This document shows positions 61,572 to 64,000 of a stretch of 64,000 nucleotides of DNA, in pieces. The stretch lies in contig CAZUIE010000003.1 in the NCBI GenBank assembly GCA_964620945.1, positions 405 through 64,404 on the forward strand, read 5' to 3'. Under the pieces are notes generated by a model, which was not told the DNA's origin, searched no databases, and saw only the letters and a program-made list of their open reading frames with translations. The DNA comes from an uncultured Maribacter sp. GTDB taxonomy: Bacteria > Bacteroidota > Bacteroidia > Flavobacteriales > Flavobacteriaceae. The position numbers were made by a program, and so were the translations under genes. Positions within the stretch are counted from its first letter, which is position 1, and every line of letters starts with the position of its first letter.

Positions 61572-64000
61572 ATGCATAGATTTATAAAAAAAAGAGATTT
61601 AAATGCTCTGTTACTATTCATATTAGCGATCTCTAAACTAACTTCTGGTCAAGAACCTATTGTCGTGTCTGGCGAATACAATCAGGCCTCATTGCATGAA
61701 GTGATTTTTGATCTGGAGCAAAAAAGCGGATATTCTTTTTTCTTTTTGGAGGATATGGTAGTAAAGGACTCGATTACGGCAACATTTGATAATAAGCCAA
61801 TTTCCTTGGTTTTAGATCAAGTGCTGGAAGGAACATCTTTGAACCATTATGTTCTTGAGGACGAAAAACGAATTGTCTTGTTGGAAAATACTGTGGTTTA
61901 TGACGAGTTGCCCCTTTATTTTTTTGGTAAGGATAGCACCGATGTCCCGGTTGGAACGGTCGGGGCTGCCACAAACCCTCCCCCGCCGACTTTCTTCAAT
62001 GAGGATATCCGGCAAACAGAAAGAAACTATGGAGTTTCCAAAGTAGGTAAGGCGGATGCTTCCAAACTCAAATCTGCTTATGTATTAAATGGCAAAGCTA
62101 TTAATGCACGAACAGGAGAGGCGATAGAAGATTTGGCCATTCGAGTTAAAGGAACCAATCTTTTAAGTGTAACCGATGCCCAAGGTAATTTTAAATTGGA
62201 ACTTCCAGCTGGTTACAATGTCCTACGTATAAGGGCGATGGGTATAGAAACCACAGAACGTGAGGTGATTATGTACAGCGATGGAAGTTTAAATTTCCTA
62301 CTGGAAGAGGGCTTACAGCAATTGGACGAGGTCATTGTAGAGGCCGATGCCGCCAAAAATGTAGAGGATGCCATTACTGGTAGCGAGCAGATAGATTCGG
62401 AGGAATCCAAGAATATTCCTCTGGTCCTTGGAGAACGCGATATTTTGCAAGTGGCCAAGGCGCTTCCGGGCATATCATCTGCGGGAGAAGGCGCAACCGG
62501 CCTCAACGTAAGAGGAGGAAAAACAGACCAGAATCTGGTACTTTTAGACGATGCGGTCATTTATAATCCACAGCACTTTTTTGGAATTTTTCAGGCTTTA
62601 AATCCATTTACCACAAAAGGGGTGGATATTTACAAAGGGGCAGTGCCTGTAGAATTTGGAGGTCGTTTATCTTCGGTCTTCGATATTCGTACGAAAAACG
62701 GAAACGTAGAGGAGATTTCCGGTGAAGGGTCCATAGGTCCTGTTACCGGTAACCTGGCTTTGGAGATTCCTTTGCAAAAAAATAAATCCTCATTGGTGGT
62801 GGGAGGTAGAGGAGCCTATGCAGATTGGATTTTGCGTTCCCTCGATGACGAGGCCCTGAACAATAGTCAAGCTTCTTTCTTTGATGGCATCCTTAAGTAT
62901 CACAACAGAATAGACGATAACAATGAAGTAAAAGCTACAGCGTATTACAGTCGTGATGCGTTTAGCATTACTTCAGACTCCTTATATAATTATGACAACC
63001 GACTCTTTTCGGTACGCTGGGACCACCGCTACAATGAGAAGACCAACGGGGCGCTGGTATTGGATAATAGCCGCTATGGGTTTGGAATCGATTTTGACGG
63101 AGAGGCCAATATAGATTTTGATTTGGACTATTCCATTGCGGAGACCGGGGTAAAGTATAAGCTCCGGACCATTTTGAACGATAAACACACCTTGGATTAT
63201 GGGGTTGCCGCAAAAGTGTATTCCGTAAATCCGGGCAGTATTGAGCCAACAGGAGGCGAATCCAACGTAAATCCCGTTTTTATCGATGAGGAACAGGCCT
63301 TGGAAGGAGCACTCTTTATTGGCGATGAAATCAATGTCGGAGAGAAACTTTTGGTGAATTTGGGACTCAGGTACGCCTTTTTTGCGGCCTTGGGTTCGGG
63401 CACACAACGCACCTATCAAGACGGGTTGCCTAAAAACGAGTCCACTGTATTGGACACCATAAGTTATGGTAACGGCGATGTGGTAAAGACCTATGGTGGA
63501 CCGGAAGCAAGGGTATCGGCGCGATATTTGCTGAAACCGGACCTTTCCATCAAGGCAAGTTTCAACAATTCCTATCAATTTTTGCATACCCTGTCCAATA
63601 ACACGACCGTTTCTCCCATAGACACTTGGAAATTGTCCGACCTTAATATAGCGCCCCAACAAGGCTATCAGGCTTCGTTAGGTCTCTTTAAGAATTTTAA
63701 GGAAAATGAATACGAATTAAGTATAGAAGGCTATTATAAGAAAATGGATAACGTGCTGGACTTTAAGACCGGTGCGGACCTGTTCTTGAACGAAAATGTA
63801 GAGACCGAAGTATTACAGGGCGATGGGAAAGCTTATGGCGTAGAACTGCTCTTGAAAAAGAACAGGGGTGATTTTAATGGCTGGCTGAGCTACACCTATT
63901 CCAGAAGCCTATATCGTTTTGATAGTGAGTTCAGCGAGGAGCGTATCAACAATGGAGAATTTTTCGCTTCCAACTTTGATAAGCCCCATGATGTAAGTCT
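61572..64000 (+). CDS. TonB-dependent receptor (partial, runs off window; absent from the ORF track)
   Basis: Signal peptide, STN-like and carboxypeptidase-like domains; plug GERDIL..LPG...GLNVRGGKTDQNL...YKG..P.EFGGRLSSV. Confidence 0.9.
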   Translation, partial: MHRFIKKRDLNALLLFILAISKLTSGQEPIVVSGEYNQASLHEVIFDLEQKSGYSFFFLEDMVVKDSITATFDNKPISLVLDQVLEGTSLNHYVLEDEKRIVLLENTVVYDELPLYFFGKDSTDVPVGTVGAATNPPPPTFFNEDIRQTERNYGVSKVGKADASKLKSAYVLNGKAINARTGEAIEDLAIRVKGTNLLSVTDAQGNFKLELPAGYNVLRIRAMGIETTEREVIMYSDGSLNFLLEEGLQQLDEVIVEADAAKNVEDAITGSEQIDSEESKNIPLVLGERDILQVAKALPGISSAGEGATGLNVRGGKTDQNLVLLDDAVIYNPQHFFGIFQALNPFTTKGVDIYKGAVPVEFGGRLSSVFDIRTKNGNVEEISGEGSIGPVTGNLALEIPLQKNKSSLVVGGRGAYADWILRSLDDEALNNSQASFFDGILKYHNRIDDNNEVKATAYYSRDAFSITSDSLYNYDNRLFSVRWDHRYNEKTNGALVLDNSRYGFGIDFDGEANIDFDLDYSIAETGVKYKLRTILNDKHTLDYGVAAKVYSVNPGSIEPTGGESNVNPVFIDEEQALEGALFIGDEINVGEKLLVNLGLRYAFFAALGSGTQRTYQDGLPKNESTVLDTISYGNGDVVKTYGGPEARVSARYLLKPDLSIKASFNNSYQFLHTLSNNTTVSPIDTWKLSDLNIAPQQGYQASLGLFKNFKENEYELSIEGYYKKMDNVLDFKTGADLFLNENVETEVLQGDGKAYGVELLLKKNRGDFNGWLSYTYSRSLYRFDSEFSEERINNGEFFASNFDKPHDVS

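Noticed and set aside
61774..63662. Several minus-strand ORFs (up to 226 aa)
   Set aside because: Shadows of the + strand TonB-dependent receptor, which the ORF track missed because it has no stop in the window

Overview
Bacteroidota (Flavobacteriaceae-like) DNA, inferred from T9SS C-terminal domains, CTnDOT-type tra genes and a TonB-dependent receptor. About 1-55 kb is one integrative conjugative element (ICE); its left end lies outside the window and I could not find its right att site. From left to right it holds: a tyrosine integrase; an AT-rich defence cassette (DSR2-like sirtuin overlapping a Cap4/DUF4297-like nuclease-TPR gene) bracketed by two matching 12-8-12 palindromes; xis, relaxase, mobC and oriT; a leading region (AbiE toxin-antitoxin, JAB/RadC, a decayed T9SS metalloprotease, a DarB-like methylase-helicase, M23 peptidase); and a full tra operon ending in a giant multi-repeat TraQ. 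A second 6.85-kb mobilisable element (dead integrase, BfmA, MobB, lipoprotein plus S8 T9SS protease) splits the abiEii toxin gene. The right end has a tiny-lipoprotein/duplicated-membrane-protein trio, a double-glycine Cys-rich peptide cluster (VKOR, precursor, C39 ABC transporter, mini-HlyD) and a partial TonB-dependent receptor. All family calls come from motif recognition by eye; no database searches were run.
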